64,000 bases of DNA from a virus (taxonomy: Duplodnaviria > Caudoviricetes): IMG/VR virus record IMGVR_UViG_3300032038_000033, positions 1 to 64,000 of that record. One strand, 5' to 3'. This document shows, piece by piece, positions 40,701 through 50,293 of this stretch. A model generated the notes under the pieces. That model ran no database searches and was not told where the DNA came from. It worked only from the letters and a program-made list of their open reading frames with translations. Numbering within the stretch: position 1 is the stretch's first letter; each line of letters begins with the position of its first letter. Position numbers and translations under genes: made by a program.

Positions 40701-41288
40701 ATGATTTTGATTTCAGAAAAATTGAACAAAACAAAATATATTATAACAGAATGGGAACAAATAAGATATATACCTAATATAAAGGTTAATGGCATAACAT
40801 ATAGTTTGGTTCTTAATTGTATTCGAGATGAAGAATATATTTGTAAGACATTATCAATAATTAAGTCACCTGAAAAAATATATTCAGATACGCTATACAC
40901 ATTTATAGTTGAAACTACAAAATATGATGAAAATATTATATTGCTTAGTAAACAAGAAATAATTAATATAATAAACTCATTTGGTTTTAAAATAGAGTGG
41001 GCTAATCAAATTAAACTTAGTAGCAAAGAATATGATATACTTTGTAGCTTATTTAGACTTGGATATAATTATGTACAAAGATTAAGATATTCAGAACCTG
41101 TAGATGAAACTTATTTGGCTTGTACTGAAAACGTATTAAGCACTTATGCGTCTACTTTTAAACCTAAGAAAATGCAGGATATATGTAATATAGAAATATC
41201 CAAGAATGATTTTAAATGGATTGAAACTGAACAATATATTTCTATACCTACTATTATAGGAATAAATATAAGAGGTGCTAAATGTTAA
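40701..41288 (+). CDS. Hypothetical protein
   Basis: 195-aa ORF with RBS. Confidence 0.55.
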   Translation: MILISEKLNKTKYIITEWEQIRYIPNIKVNGITYSLVLNCIRDEEYICKTLSIIKSPEKIYSDTLYTFIVETTKYDENIILLSKQEIINIINSFGFKIEWANQIKLSSKEYDILCSLFRLGYNYVQRLRYSEPVDETYLACTENVLSTYASTFKPKKMQDICNIEISKNDFKWIETEQYISIPTIIGINIRGAKC

Positions 41289-41578
41289 AATTATTTAGAA
41301 TTGAGTTAAAACAATCTCCAAATTCTGAAACTTTATTACCTAAGAATTGCTCTCCTATGGTGACATATGTAGTAGCGCCTACAATGGATAGCGCACATAT
41401 AGCTTTATTAAATGCTTATAAAGATGATATTGCAAATGGTGATATTTCTGAATCAGATATAAATATTGATACATTAACAGTTATAGCTTCCGAGGATAAT
41501 CAAATATTCCAATCTAATTTTTATAGATTAGTTGATTATAGGAATATTAGTGATAAGGAGAATGATAACAATGAGTAA
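41282..41578 (+). CDS. Hypothetical protein
   Basis: Coupled ORF with RBS GAGG. Confidence 0.5.
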   Translation: MLKLFRIELKQSPNSETLLPKNCSPMVTYVVAPTMDSAHIALLNAYKDDIANGDISESDINIDTLTVIASEDNQIFQSNFYRLVDYRNISDKENDNNE

Positions 41579-42575
41579 TTATTATATTTATCATCATACT
41601 GATGATGACGGTTGGAGTTCAGCAGCAATTACTATATTACATTTACTTGAAACTGGAAAGATAACCTCATGGGAAGATGATAGATTAAATTTGATTTCAT
41701 ACAGTTACGAACCGATTAATTTCTTTTTACCTATGAGAAATTATGTAGAAGGTGATGAAGTATTTATTGTTGATTTATCTGTATCATTAGCTACTTCAAC
41801 TAAATTTAATAATTTCTTAGTTTTACTTAACACTGTTGGCTCTAAGTTAACTTGGATAGACCACCATTTATCTTCTGAAAATGTGTTGAATGATAACATA
41901 GATGACATTAAAACATTATTTATAAAATATAATTTTAATTATTATGTTAATAAAGATAATTGTGCTTCTTTTAATTGTTGGAATTATTTCTTTAAGGATA
42001 GGCCGATACCTGAAATAATTAGAATTATTGATGATTGGGATTGTTTCAAGCATAAACTGTCAATAACAAAGCCGTTTCACTATGGTTTTGTGTCAAGTAA
42101 AAAGAATTTACCCTTTATTACAGATTGGCAAGATATTTTACTTGACAGAGGTAAATGTTTATCTTTTGTAAATCAATGTGTTGAAAATGGTAAAGCTGTA
42201 ATAAATTTCTTAGAAGAAGAAAATATGGTGAATTATAGCAATTATCATTTTGAATGTAAGTTATATGGTTTTAATTGTTGTTGTTTAAATGCTCGTAGAA
42301 ATAGTGATATATTTATAGATTATGATAAATATGATTTAGTATTATCATTTATATATGATGGTAAATATTATAAATATTCTTTATATAGTGCAGGAAAACA
42401 AAAAGAAGTATTTTGTAATATAATTTCTTCAATTTATGGTGGTGGCGGTCATAAAGGTGCTGCCGGATTTACAAGTCCAAAACTTATTGTAGATAAGTAT
42501 TATACTAAATTATATAAAATAAAAGATTTCATTCGTTCTTTTAAATATAAAAAGTTGCTTAGGAAAGGAAAATGA
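41571..42575 (+). CDS. DHH/DHHA1 phosphoesterase
   Basis: HHTDDDG, IVDLS, WIDHH, GGGGHKGAAG. Confidence 0.88.
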   Translation: MSNYYIYHHTDDDGWSSAAITILHLLETGKITSWEDDRLNLISYSYEPINFFLPMRNYVEGDEVFIVDLSVSLATSTKFNNFLVLLNTVGSKLTWIDHHLSSENVLNDNIDDIKTLFIKYNFNYYVNKDNCASFNCWNYFFKDRPIPEIIRIIDDWDCFKHKLSITKPFHYGFVSSKKNLPFITDWQDILLDRGKCLSFVNQCVENGKAVINFLEEENMVNYSNYHFECKLYGFNCCCLNARRNSDIFIDYDKYDLVLSFIYDGKYYKYSLYSAGKQKEVFCNIISSIYGGGGHKGAAGFTSPKLIVDKYYTKLYKIKDFIRSFKYKKLLRKGK

Positions 42576-42578
42576 CCT

Positions 42579-43583
42579 ATGCTTATAAGAGGTAAAGGTA
42601 ATATTGCTTCATATACATTAGACGGAAAAACAAGAAGTTATAGTGACGGAGATTTACGTCTGGTTAATATGGAAACAGTTCAAATGATTGAGGGTATTAA
42701 AGCTTCACAAGGTATATATTATTTAGTAGCTTATGTTAGTACAGGTAGAACGAATTATGGTCCTATAAGTTTTAATGCAGTACACCCAGCTTCTTATTCA
42801 TTGCAACCGATTGACCTTAAAAACATTACTGATATTGATAAAAATAATAACTTTGTTAATGAATCTAATGGTTATAGAGTTGTTTTGGCGAATAAAGATG
42901 ATAAATTTTATCGTGCGAGAGATACTAATAATATTTATATTATTAGAAAATATATGAGACAGTTATCTCGTAACATGACATATTTTATTTTATCATTTGG
43001 TAATAACTTTAAAAATGCATTAACTAAATTATTTTCTTGGAATTGGCTTACAACAGAAAGTAGTGGCGGTGGTAAATATTCTTATACAGCAAGAACATTA
43101 ATGCTTCATAAATTAACCAATGAGGAAGATAGTAGATATGATGACTGTTTGGGTGTTAACGGTATAGAAATAGTTAAACTCGGTAGATACACTACTAAAG
43201 AAAATATAGCAGTAGAAATAAATAAAATACAAAGAGAATATTCTAAGTTTATAAGAGGTACTTTATCTTGTTTTGAACCCCCAAAAGTATATCAGTTAGG
43301 TGCAGATAGGCTCAAAGCAAGTAACATACAAGCTGGTAATCCGTATCAAGGTGGAGGTGCATCTTATAGATATACTACTTCTCCTTATATATCAAATAAT
43401 AAGGTAATTGCTGACGCTGGCTTATATATAGATAAAAATACTTGGTTAAGGTCAGGTATTGATTATGATATAAGTTTTCCCACATATAGTTCAAGTAAGA
43501 AAACATATAAACTTACTTATAAATTCAAAGGTCAGTATATAGGACTTGGAACCAAAGAAGTTTATTTTAATTTTACTAAATAA
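42579..43583 (+). CDS. Hypothetical protein
   Basis: 334-aa ORF; C-terminal DY.ISF...FKGQYIG...FNF looks like a beta-sandwich repeat. Confidence 0.55.
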   Translation: MLIRGKGNIASYTLDGKTRSYSDGDLRLVNMETVQMIEGIKASQGIYYLVAYVSTGRTNYGPISFNAVHPASYSLQPIDLKNITDIDKNNNFVNESNGYRVVLANKDDKFYRARDTNNIYIIRKYMRQLSRNMTYFILSFGNNFKNALTKLFSWNWLTTESSGGGKYSYTARTLMLHKLTNEEDSRYDDCLGVNGIEIVKLGRYTTKENIAVEINKIQREYSKFIRGTLSCFEPPKVYQLGADRLKASNIQAGNPYQGGGASYRYTTSPYISNNKVIADAGLYIDKNTWLRSGIDYDISFPTYSSSKKTYKLTYKFKGQYIGLGTKEVYFNFTK

Positions 43584-43585
43584 CT

Positions 43586-43683
43586 TTAATAGTTTATTTA
43601 GATTTTTATTAAACCTTTTTAATATTTATGTGTTATACTAATTATATAAAAAGAGGAACACATAAATGTTGAAAAGGTTTTTA
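43586..43683 (+). promoter_or_regulatory. Repeat-box promoter embedded in a terminator hairpin
   Basis: TTAATA-N5-TTTAGA-N31-TATACT; IR 43611-34/43657-80. Confidence 0.6.
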
Positions 43684-43712
43684 AATTTTTGTATTATAAG
43701 GAGGCTTTATTT

Positions 43713-43937
43713 ATGAATAATAAGAATAATTTCACATTAGGTGGTAGGGATTTAACTAAAGGTAGATTATCTACAATGGAAACCACCTTTCTCGCTGCTA
43801 ATCTAAATAGTATCGAAAAAGAAAGAAATGAACAAAAGTATTTTTCTGAAACTACACCGTCAAGTATTAAAACTATTGCTACTATAATTGTAATTGCAAT
43901 TATTATTTTACAGTGCTTGCCAATATTTTTCAAATGA
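43713..43937 (+). CDS. Small C-terminally anchored membrane protein
   Basis: RBS AAGGAGG; hydrophobic C-terminus. Confidence 0.55.
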   Translation: MNNKNNFTLGGRDLTKGRLSTMETTFLAANLNSIEKERNEQKYFSETTPSSIKTIATIIVIAIIILQCLPIFFK

Positions 43938-44078
43938 CTTAATTTAATATTTATAAAAACTTGTTTATTTGTTAATTTTTATGTGTTAAAATAAATTTGT
44001 AAAGAAAGAAAATTAGAGAAAAAAAATGTAGAAAGTGAGGTTGTTTGCAAGATATTAAATATCTTGGAGGTAGAAATT

Positions 44079-44648
44079 ATGAGAAGGAGTACACTATTAA
44101 ATAAATCTAAATCAATTATACTTAATAATCATATTGTTGATAATATACTAAATAATACATTAACAACAATTATCATGCCAGTTACTAATAAAAATTTATA
44201 CAGTGCTAATGATATACTTTATTGTAAGGAAAGCGTTTATGTAGTTCCGCTTAGTATTGCAGTAGAATTTGAGAAGAAGAACAATATAGAACGAACTTCA
44301 TTTGATGAAACATATAGTTATTATTATACGGAAAAAATCTTAGATTTGAATGATTTTTCAGGTGTGGTTAAATCTAATACGAAAAATAATTGTAGATGTT
44401 TTATAAAGGTAACTAAATCAGTTCTTTGTAATACAGATTATATTACTGATGATATTGCTAAGTCTTTAGGTTTTGAAAATAAGAAGGAACTTGCCAAAAG
44501 TTATAATTCATATATAAAGTATTATTTAGACATGACGTGTAAGAATGAATGTCAGAAAGTAAATCTATTTAAAAATATTTATCAGTTTAATAAAAATCCT
44601 GATATTCAGTTAGTTTCATTTGAGCGATTAGAAAGCTCTGATGAATAA
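44079..44648 (+). CDS. ASCH-like domain protein
   Basis: DILYCKES, FIKVT, ITDDIAKSLGF, NPDIQLVSFER. Confidence 0.5.
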   Translation: MRRSTLLNKSKSIILNNHIVDNILNNTLTTIIMPVTNKNLYSANDILYCKESVYVVPLSIAVEFEKKNNIERTSFDETYSYYYTEKILDLNDFSGVVKSNTKNNCRCFIKVTKSVLCNTDYITDDIAKSLGFENKKELAKSYNSYIKYYLDMTCKNECQKVNLFKNIYQFNKNPDIQLVSFERLESSDE

Positions 44649-44753
44649 CATATAAGAATATTTACTAATTATTTATTTATATTCAATTAATAATGACACT
44701 ACTAATATAAAATAGTAGTGTCATTATTATTTTTTGCAAAGGAGATAATTAAA

Positions 44754-45227
44754 ATGGTAATAGATACAAGTACAATAGTTGTGATTTGTAGTGTTATCAC
44801 ATCTGTTGCCGGCGCAGGTGCCGTTATAAATAAAAGTATTAAGAAATGGTCCGATAAAGTCACCGATAAACTTAAAGCTGATATTATGAAGGAAGTAGGT
44901 GTTGATATGGACGCTATGAAAAAGGAATTTGCTGAAAAGTATAGTTCAGCGGTCGCAGATTTTAACGCTAAGTTAGATATTGTTGTAAGTGCTATGACTG
45001 AAACTAAACAATATCGAAGTAAGAGAGAAAATGATGAAAAGAAATTTAGATTAGCAACATTAAAAGGTCTTATTGTATCTGCGCACGGTACTTATGTGCC
45101 TATAGGTAAAATAGACACTCACGTTCTAAGTACACTTGAAGATGTTTATGATGAGTATAAAGAACTGGGTGGCAATCATTTTGTTGATAATCTAATGGAA
45201 GATTTAAGAAAATTACAAAAAATATAA
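44754..45227 (+). CDS. Membrane-anchored phage protein (lysis/holin-associated type)
   Basis: N-terminal TM, coiled coil, YKELGGNHFV. Confidence 0.5.
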   Translation: MVIDTSTIVVICSVITSVAGAGAVINKSIKKWSDKVTDKLKADIMKEVGVDMDAMKKEFAEKYSSAVADFNAKLDIVVSAMTETKQYRSKRENDEKKFRLATLKGLIVSAHGTYVPIGKIDTHVLSTLEDVYDEYKELGGNHFVDNLMEDLRKLQKI

Positions 45228-45242
45228 GGAGGTTGATTTAAA

Positions 45243-46625
45243 ATGTCAACTGAAATAGCAACAAACGGTATTCAATATACAGATAGATATAATAGCTCAG
45301 TTGGATATAAATGCTGTACAACCGTAGAACATAATATTATATTAACTCATAATAGTTCTATACAACCCACAACAGTTGATATTCCGCAAACTGATGCTAA
45401 TTGTCATGTTCTTATGATGCATTTATATAATAATGATACATTAGTTAACTTGTGTAATGTATCAAATATTGAAATTAAATTTATATGTGGAGATAAAACA
45501 GTTATTGGTGATTATCGGAGATTAGCTATTGTTAATGCTTGCAAAGGCATAGTGTCCTATTTATTAGACAAAGATGCTACAAGTCATTTAGGTACTAATT
45601 CTATAAAATTAACATTAACTATCGGTACAGGTACAGTTACATTTGACGGCACATATAACGTAGTTCCAAATGTTCAAACTGATACTACTACTATTGTATT
45701 ACCTGATACTTGTAGAGATACAGAATATGTTTATGGTCCGTATTGTAGGCATACATTATCCTATAAAAATTCTTCTACAACTGATTCCGCAGATAGTGAT
45801 GATGATTGTAATTGTGATTGCAATTGTCCTTCTTGTCCTGTATATCCTGACGGAGCTGATGAAATAACACTTAGAGAATTATATTTTATTACAATGGGTC
45901 ATATCAATAATAAATCTTTACACCTTAATAATAAGAGAATTGAAACTCTTAGTAGCTGTTTTAAAACTGTAGAAAATTATGCCGATTTACTTAATGAAAT
46001 TAGTTGTTCTTGTAGTGGAGATAAAATAGCTAATGGTAGATTATATCGAGTTAATAATGTTAATGGTGAAGTGAAATATTATTATTGGGATGCTCCTTCT
46101 ATTTCATTTAAAGAAACTACTTTTGGTAGTCAAGGTGAGCCTGGTAGAGACGCTGATGACATTACTTGGAATGAAACAGGCTATAGCGGAATAGTGAATT
46201 ATAATGTAGGTAATTTAACTGCTGGTACTGACATATCTAATATGACTATTACTCAAATATTAGCTAAGATGTTTGGTATGGGTAAAGTTGTGCCTACACC
46301 TATTATAATGGGCGAAAATGCAGAATATGATTATATTCAAACAATAGCTTTATCATTCCCGATTACAAATCTTGTAAATGAATTGGTTGCTAATATAGAT
46401 TTAGAGAAAATAACTGTAACTGGCAATAAAGAATTTACAAGCAACATATTATTTGATGATGTTAGCAATATGATAGTAATAACATTAAGTAGTTTACTTG
46501 AAGATACTACTATAACTATTAACTTTGCAGAAGGAACTGTTTCACAAACTGGCAATATAGAATATGGCTATGAGCTAACAACAGTAAATTCTGAGCAGAA
46601 AGAAATTACAATAAAAGTGAACTAA
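45243..46625 (+). CDS. Probable structural protein (BppU-like N-terminal domain)
   Basis: Beta-rich N-terminus (GIVSYLL), HINNKSLH, GSQGEPGRD. Confidence 0.5.
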   Translation: MSTEIATNGIQYTDRYNSSVGYKCCTTVEHNIILTHNSSIQPTTVDIPQTDANCHVLMMHLYNNDTLVNLCNVSNIEIKFICGDKTVIGDYRRLAIVNACKGIVSYLLDKDATSHLGTNSIKLTLTIGTGTVTFDGTYNVVPNVQTDTTTIVLPDTCRDTEYVYGPYCRHTLSYKNSSTTDSADSDDDCNCDCNCPSCPVYPDGADEITLRELYFITMGHINNKSLHLNNKRIETLSSCFKTVENYADLLNEISCSCSGDKIANGRLYRVNNVNGEVKYYYWDAPSISFKETTFGSQGEPGRDADDITWNETGYSGIVNYNVGNLTAGTDISNMTITQILAKMFGMGKVVPTPIIMGENAEYDYIQTIALSFPITNLVNELVANIDLEKITVTGNKEFTSNILFDDVSNMIVITLSSLLEDTTITINFAEGTVSQTGNIEYGYELTTVNSEQKEITIKVN

Positions 46626-46777
46626 ATGAATCTTTTAAACTAATTTATAAATATAAAGGGTATCGTTTTATTTGAGATGCCCTTTATAATTTTTTATGTT
46701 TTATTTACATTAATTTAATTTTATATTAATACATACACGTCTTAAATGTGTTATAATTAGTGTAGAAAGAAAGGTGA

Positions 46778-47263
46778 ATGTATGTGAAACTTACAATAAG
46801 AGAAAACTATTTCGGTAATGCCTATCTGCTTACAAGAAATGGAGATGAAATAGATGTTTTAAATCACCCTACTGAAAATTTTGAATTTGAAAGCATATTG
46901 TATTTACTTGAAAACTTTGGCACAGAAGAAGATAAGCGATTAGCTTTAGAATATGAACAAAATCAATTTGACTATTTAAAAGACCAAATTTTACAGAATT
47001 ACAATGAAAATTATTGTAAAGTAAGAGTGTGGGGAATATTTGCTGATGAAGTGACTTTTAGAATTACTTCAACAGATAAATTTAATTGGTACAATATTAT
47101 TGTTGAATTTCTTTTAAAACATAGATATACAAATTCTTTAATTACAGTTGAATCTAACAAAAATGAAAATTATAGAATTTATTGGAACAAAGTAACTTAT
47201 GATTGTGCCGTTAATCCGATAAATAAAATGATTTTGGAAAAGAAACTAAAAAGAACAAAGTAA
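46778..47263 (+). CDS. Leader-family protein (MYVKLTIRE), paralog of 30049
   Basis: YLLTRNG..HP; EVTFRITS..FNW. Confidence 0.65.
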   Translation: MYVKLTIRENYFGNAYLLTRNGDEIDVLNHPTENFEFESILYLLENFGTEEDKRLALEYEQNQFDYLKDQILQNYNENYCKVRVWGIFADEVTFRITSTDKFNWYNIIVEFLLKHRYTNSLITVESNKNENYRIYWNKVTYDCAVNPINKMILEKKLKRTK

Positions 47264-47266
47264 AAG

Positions 47267-47320
47267 TTAACATTTATTTAACATTATTATAACACGTTTT
47301 ACATAAATATATGTTATACT
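47267..47320 (+). promoter_or_regulatory. Repeat-box promoter of tRNA block 1
   Basis: TTAACA-N5-TTAACA-N31-TATACT. Confidence 0.7.
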
Positions 47321-47334
47321 AATAAATGTAGAAA

Positions 47335-47454
47335 AGAGTAAATAACCACTTAAACTATTGTAAGGGTAATTCATAGTTACACTTACGAATAAGGTACTAA
47401 TTCAACTCGTACTGATTAAAGTTTGTGTGCTTTTATGATAGGGTTATTTACTCT
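47335..47454 (+). ncRNA. Candidate structured ncRNA
   Basis: Closing stem AGAGTAAATAACC/GGTTATTTACTCT starting just after the promoter. Confidence 0.4.
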
Positions 47455-47460
47455 ATATAA

Positions 47461-47535
47461 GGTCGGTTGGTCAAGTGGTTAAGACATTGACCTTTCACGG
47501 CAAAGTCACGGGTTCAATTCCTGTACCGACTACCA
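47461..47535 (+). tRNA. tRNA-Glu(TTC)
   Basis: Cloverleaf, loop CTTTCAC, encoded CCA; one mismatch in anticodon stem. Confidence 0.85.
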
Positions 47536-47675
47536 AATCCGAAATTATAAAATGATAGCTGATTTTATTTGAGTAGGCGTTGCTCACGTTACGAGAAGTC
47601 AGTTTTACGTTTCTGGCGCATAGGAAATTTAGATTAACGTGACCAATGGTTGTGAGGTAAATCAACCTCCTATGT

Positions 47676-47751
47676 TGGGTATTAGCCAAGTGGTAAGGCA
47701 GAGGACTTTGACTCCTTCATTTCGCTGGTTCAAATCCAGCATACCCAGCCA
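47676..47751 (+). tRNA. tRNA-Gln(TTG)
   Basis: TGGGTAT/ATACCCA, loop CTTTGAC, CCA. Confidence 0.92.
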
Positions 47752-47838
47752 TAGCCTATAAAGGCTTATTCATTTTTAATTTCTCGTTTCTGACAAATCG
47801 GAATAGACGGTTGACAGCTTGGACAGACAAGTATTTAT

Positions 47839-47909
47839 GTACCTGTAGTAGGTAGAGCACCGTCCTTTTAAGGGGGTTGTCGTGAGTTCAAGTCTCACCA
47901 GGTACACCA
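47839..47909 (+). pseudogene. Pseudo-tRNA-Lys(TTT)
   Basis: Acceptor and T arm intact; 5' D-stem strand (CTCAG) missing; weak anticodon stem. Confidence 0.7.
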
Positions 47910-48020
47910 TTAAGAGTAAAGCGTTTATTCTGCTTAAAAAATTAGTTAACTTCCTTTTATTTATTTGATGGATTGTGATTAGCAGAATGAGTTGGTTAAC
48001 GAATAGCTTTACTCTTGTGC

Positions 48021-48097
48021 CGAGGTGTAACTCAGCTTGGTAGAGTGCTTGGTTTGGGACCAAGATGCCATAGGTTCAAATCCTGTCACCTCGACCA
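48021..48097 (+). tRNA. tRNA-Pro(TGG)
   Basis: CGAGGTG/CACCTCG, loop TTTGGGA, CCA. Confidence 0.93.
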
Positions 48098-48122
48098 TAA
48101 AATAAGAAAGGAGTTAAGCAAA

Positions 48123-48545
48123 ATGATTACTTTATTAGAAAGTAAAGATAATGCCTTAATAGGTATTTGGTGGTGGACTGGTAATGAAATCATTGGTAAA
48201 TCTTGTTTAGTTGACAATGGATTTACAGATAATCGTTACATTCAATATTCTGATAAAGAAAATCATTTAACTCTTTGGAGAAAAATATGCGAAGAAAACA
48301 ATATACCTAAAGAAATCATAAATAAAGGATATAAGTATTATGAGAGGGGAAGAGTAATCTATAATCTTATGTCACAAAGTTTTGAAGTTATTCTTAGTCA
48401 AGATTTATATGGTAATAAAGATTTTAAACGTGAGTGTAAAGATTATTTCAATTTATATAATTGTCGAGTAGAATTTATTCCATTAAATCATTATTACCGA
48501 GTTGATACAGATAATCCAGCTATATTAGATTTTGAATACGATTAA
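48123..48545 (+). CDS. Leader-family protein (MITLLE), paralog of 31775
   Basis: Start reassigned after AAAGGAG (the listed ORF start overlaps tRNA-Pro); GIWWW...HLTLW...YERGRV. Confidence 0.7.
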   Translation: MITLLESKDNALIGIWWWTGNEIIGKSCLVDNGFTDNRYIQYSDKENHLTLWRKICEENNIPKEIINKGYKYYERGRVIYNLMSQSFEVILSQDLYGNKDFKRECKDYFNLYNCRVEFIPLNHYYRVDTDNPAILDFEYD

Positions 48546-48593
48546 AGATAGGAAAGAATTTATTTACGATTATCTTAAAAGAATTACTAAAGT

Positions 48594-48647
48594 TTAACAA
48601 TTACTTAACATTTATATAACATATTTTTAAATAATATGTGTTATACT
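48594..48647 (+). promoter_or_regulatory. Repeat-box promoter of tRNA block 2
   Basis: TTAACA-N5-TTAACA-N31-TATACT. Confidence 0.7.
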
Positions 48648-48826
48648 ATAATAGTAATACAAATAAATAAGATTGGTGCTACGGGCTATGACTATGTTTA
48701 CAACGTTTATGATATAGAGGCATCCGTTCGGGATATCCTCTTAGAGGAGTTGAACTTAATAATAGGCTTTGAGTATTACACCAGCAGTAGTTAAATGGAG
48801 TTTGATGAACAGCCAATTTTATATAG

Positions 48827-48903
48827 GTGCCTTTAGCTCAGTTGGAAAGAGTAACTGCCTTCTAAGCAGTAGGTTATTGGTTCAAATCCAATAAGGCATA
48901 CCA
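48827..48903 (+). tRNA. tRNA-Arg(TCT)
   Basis: ACTGC-CTTCTAA-GCAGT, CCA. Confidence 0.92.
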
Positions 48904-49010
48904 TATAAAGATTGTAGTGAGTATAAAGCCATAAGAAATTAAGATTTCAATGTACAAACTTATACTTTATAACTTCCGTACAAGGTTTAGTGTAAGAGAA
49001 ATCAGAGATT

Positions 49011-49085
49011 AGATAAATGGTGTAGCGGTAGCACGTTTCCACTATAAGGAAAAGGGTAGCAGTTCAAGCCTGCATTTATCGACCA
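49011..49085 (+). tRNA. Atypical tRNA, anticodon TAT (Ile?), possibly pseudo
   Basis: TTTCC-ACTATAA-GGAAA; C33 instead of U, 1:72 mismatch, CCA. Confidence 0.55.
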
Positions 49086-49245
49086 AAAAGAAAATCTCTT
49101 AAAATTAGTATCTTATGAAAAACAATGGTAAAATGAGAAGTTACAACTTAGTCGGTTTGGAGAAAGACTGTAGGTAAGTGATGTGTACACAAATCCTACC
49201 CATTGTCCTATAGGTGAAAATCCTATAGCAATCTTTATAATATAT

Positions 49246-49335
49246 CTATGTGTAGTATTTATATCATGATACGCTCTGGCCAGAATATAAATATGATATT
49301 GGAAAATGTTAGTTCGATTCTAACCACATAGGCCA
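49246..49335 (+). ncRNA. tRNA-like RNA (acceptor + T arm + CCA, non-canonical core)
   Basis: CTATGTG/CACATAG-G-CCA; GTTAG-TTCGATT-CTAAC. Confidence 0.55.
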
Positions 49336-49568
49336 GCTGACTTGTCAATGTCGTTAAACTTGATAAGTGACAACAGCTTGAAAGCAATTTGGAAGTTGAC
49401 GGTTCGTTTCCGTTTTAATGCAGAGTTTGGCTGCGCAATGACCTCTTTGTAAATGTGATTCCTCCTACTTGTTGCCGCTGTAAGGTGATTTATGAGTAAA
49501 AATACCGAAAGATATTTACAGCTATTGATTAGGTAAAGCTATCGTAGAGGATTGCCGATAGCAGATAT

Positions 49569-49644
49569 GCTGAATAATCCAAAGAAACGAGGTAATTTCC
49601 AAAGTGAAATTAATTAATTGGTGTAAGTCCAATATTCAGCACCA
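49569..49644 (+). ncRNA. tRNA-like RNA, 76 nt, no valid anticodon loop
   Basis: GCTGAAT/ATTCAGC-A-CCA; ATTGG-TGTAAGT-CCAAT. Confidence 0.55.
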
Positions 49645-49791
49645 GAGTTCCAGATAGCTTTAGAGGAAATACACATAAAATTTAGCTATCATAATTGTGT
49701 GTGGCGAGTGATACGTTGCATAAGGCTATTAAGTTAGGTCTGTTTATATCACAATAACTTATGACAGTCTGGAAAGACAGACATTCATAAT

Positions 49792-49878
49792 GCTGCTGTG
49801 GTGGAATAGGCAGACACCTCGGACTTAAAATCCGATGATAGAAATATCGTACCAGTTCAAGTCTGGTCAGCAGCACCA
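49792..49878 (+). tRNA. tRNA-Leu(TAA)
   Basis: TCGGA-CTTAAAA-TCCGA, long variable arm, CCA. Confidence 0.93.
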
Positions 49879-49883
49879 TTTAT

Positions 49884-49959
49884 TCCTCCTTAACTCAGTC
49901 GGTAGAGTGACGCTCTGTTAAAGCGTAGGTCGTTGGTTCAAGTCCAACAGGGGGAGCCA
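49884..49959 (+). tRNA. tRNA-Asn(GTT)
   Basis: ACGCT-CTGTTAA-AGCGT, GCCA end. Confidence 0.92.
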
Positions 49960-49971
49960 TTTTAGGTATAA

Positions 49972-50062
49972 GGGCGTTAAATAAGCTACCAATGTATTAA
50001 ATTCTAAACGGTGAAACGTTGAACGTTGGGTAGAGCGAGAATTTAATCCTTATTTAGCGCCC
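49972..50062 (+). ncRNA. Candidate pseudoknotted ncRNA
   Basis: 14-bp closing stem GGGCGTTAAATAAG/CTTATTTAGCGCCC enclosing two interleaved helices. Confidence 0.5.
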
Positions 50063-50070
50063 GTCTATAA

Positions 50071-50145
50071 GGCCCTTTGGTCAAGTGGTTAAGACGAGAG
50101 CTTTTCACGCTCTAATCGTGGGTTCGATTCCCGCAAGGGTCACCA
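50071..50145 (+). tRNA. tRNA-Glu(TTC)
   Basis: AGAGC-TTTTCAC-GCTCT, CCA. Confidence 0.92.
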
Positions 50146-50293
50146 TATAGCCTATATAAGTTTAGTTTTTATCTTAGTTGTGGTTGTTGCGAATGAAACC
50201 GTCCTTTCATTAGTAAGTCTAATATTAAAAAATTAACACCCTCACAGTTAATTATTTATGTTTATTGACTAAATACTATATAGGCTATTATCT

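Noticed and set aside
40701-41288. MILISE start as a leader-family member
   Set aside because: Lacks the basic residues, and the protein and context differ; could be chance.
49246-49790. tmRNA (one- or two-piece)
   Set aside because: Pseudoknots and tRNA-like ends are present, but neither acceptor stem has the G3-U70 alanine determinant and no tag ORF was identified.
47495-49879. Minus-strand ORFs 47495-47689, 47776-48063 and 49682-49879
   Set aside because: They are antisense readings of tRNA genes.
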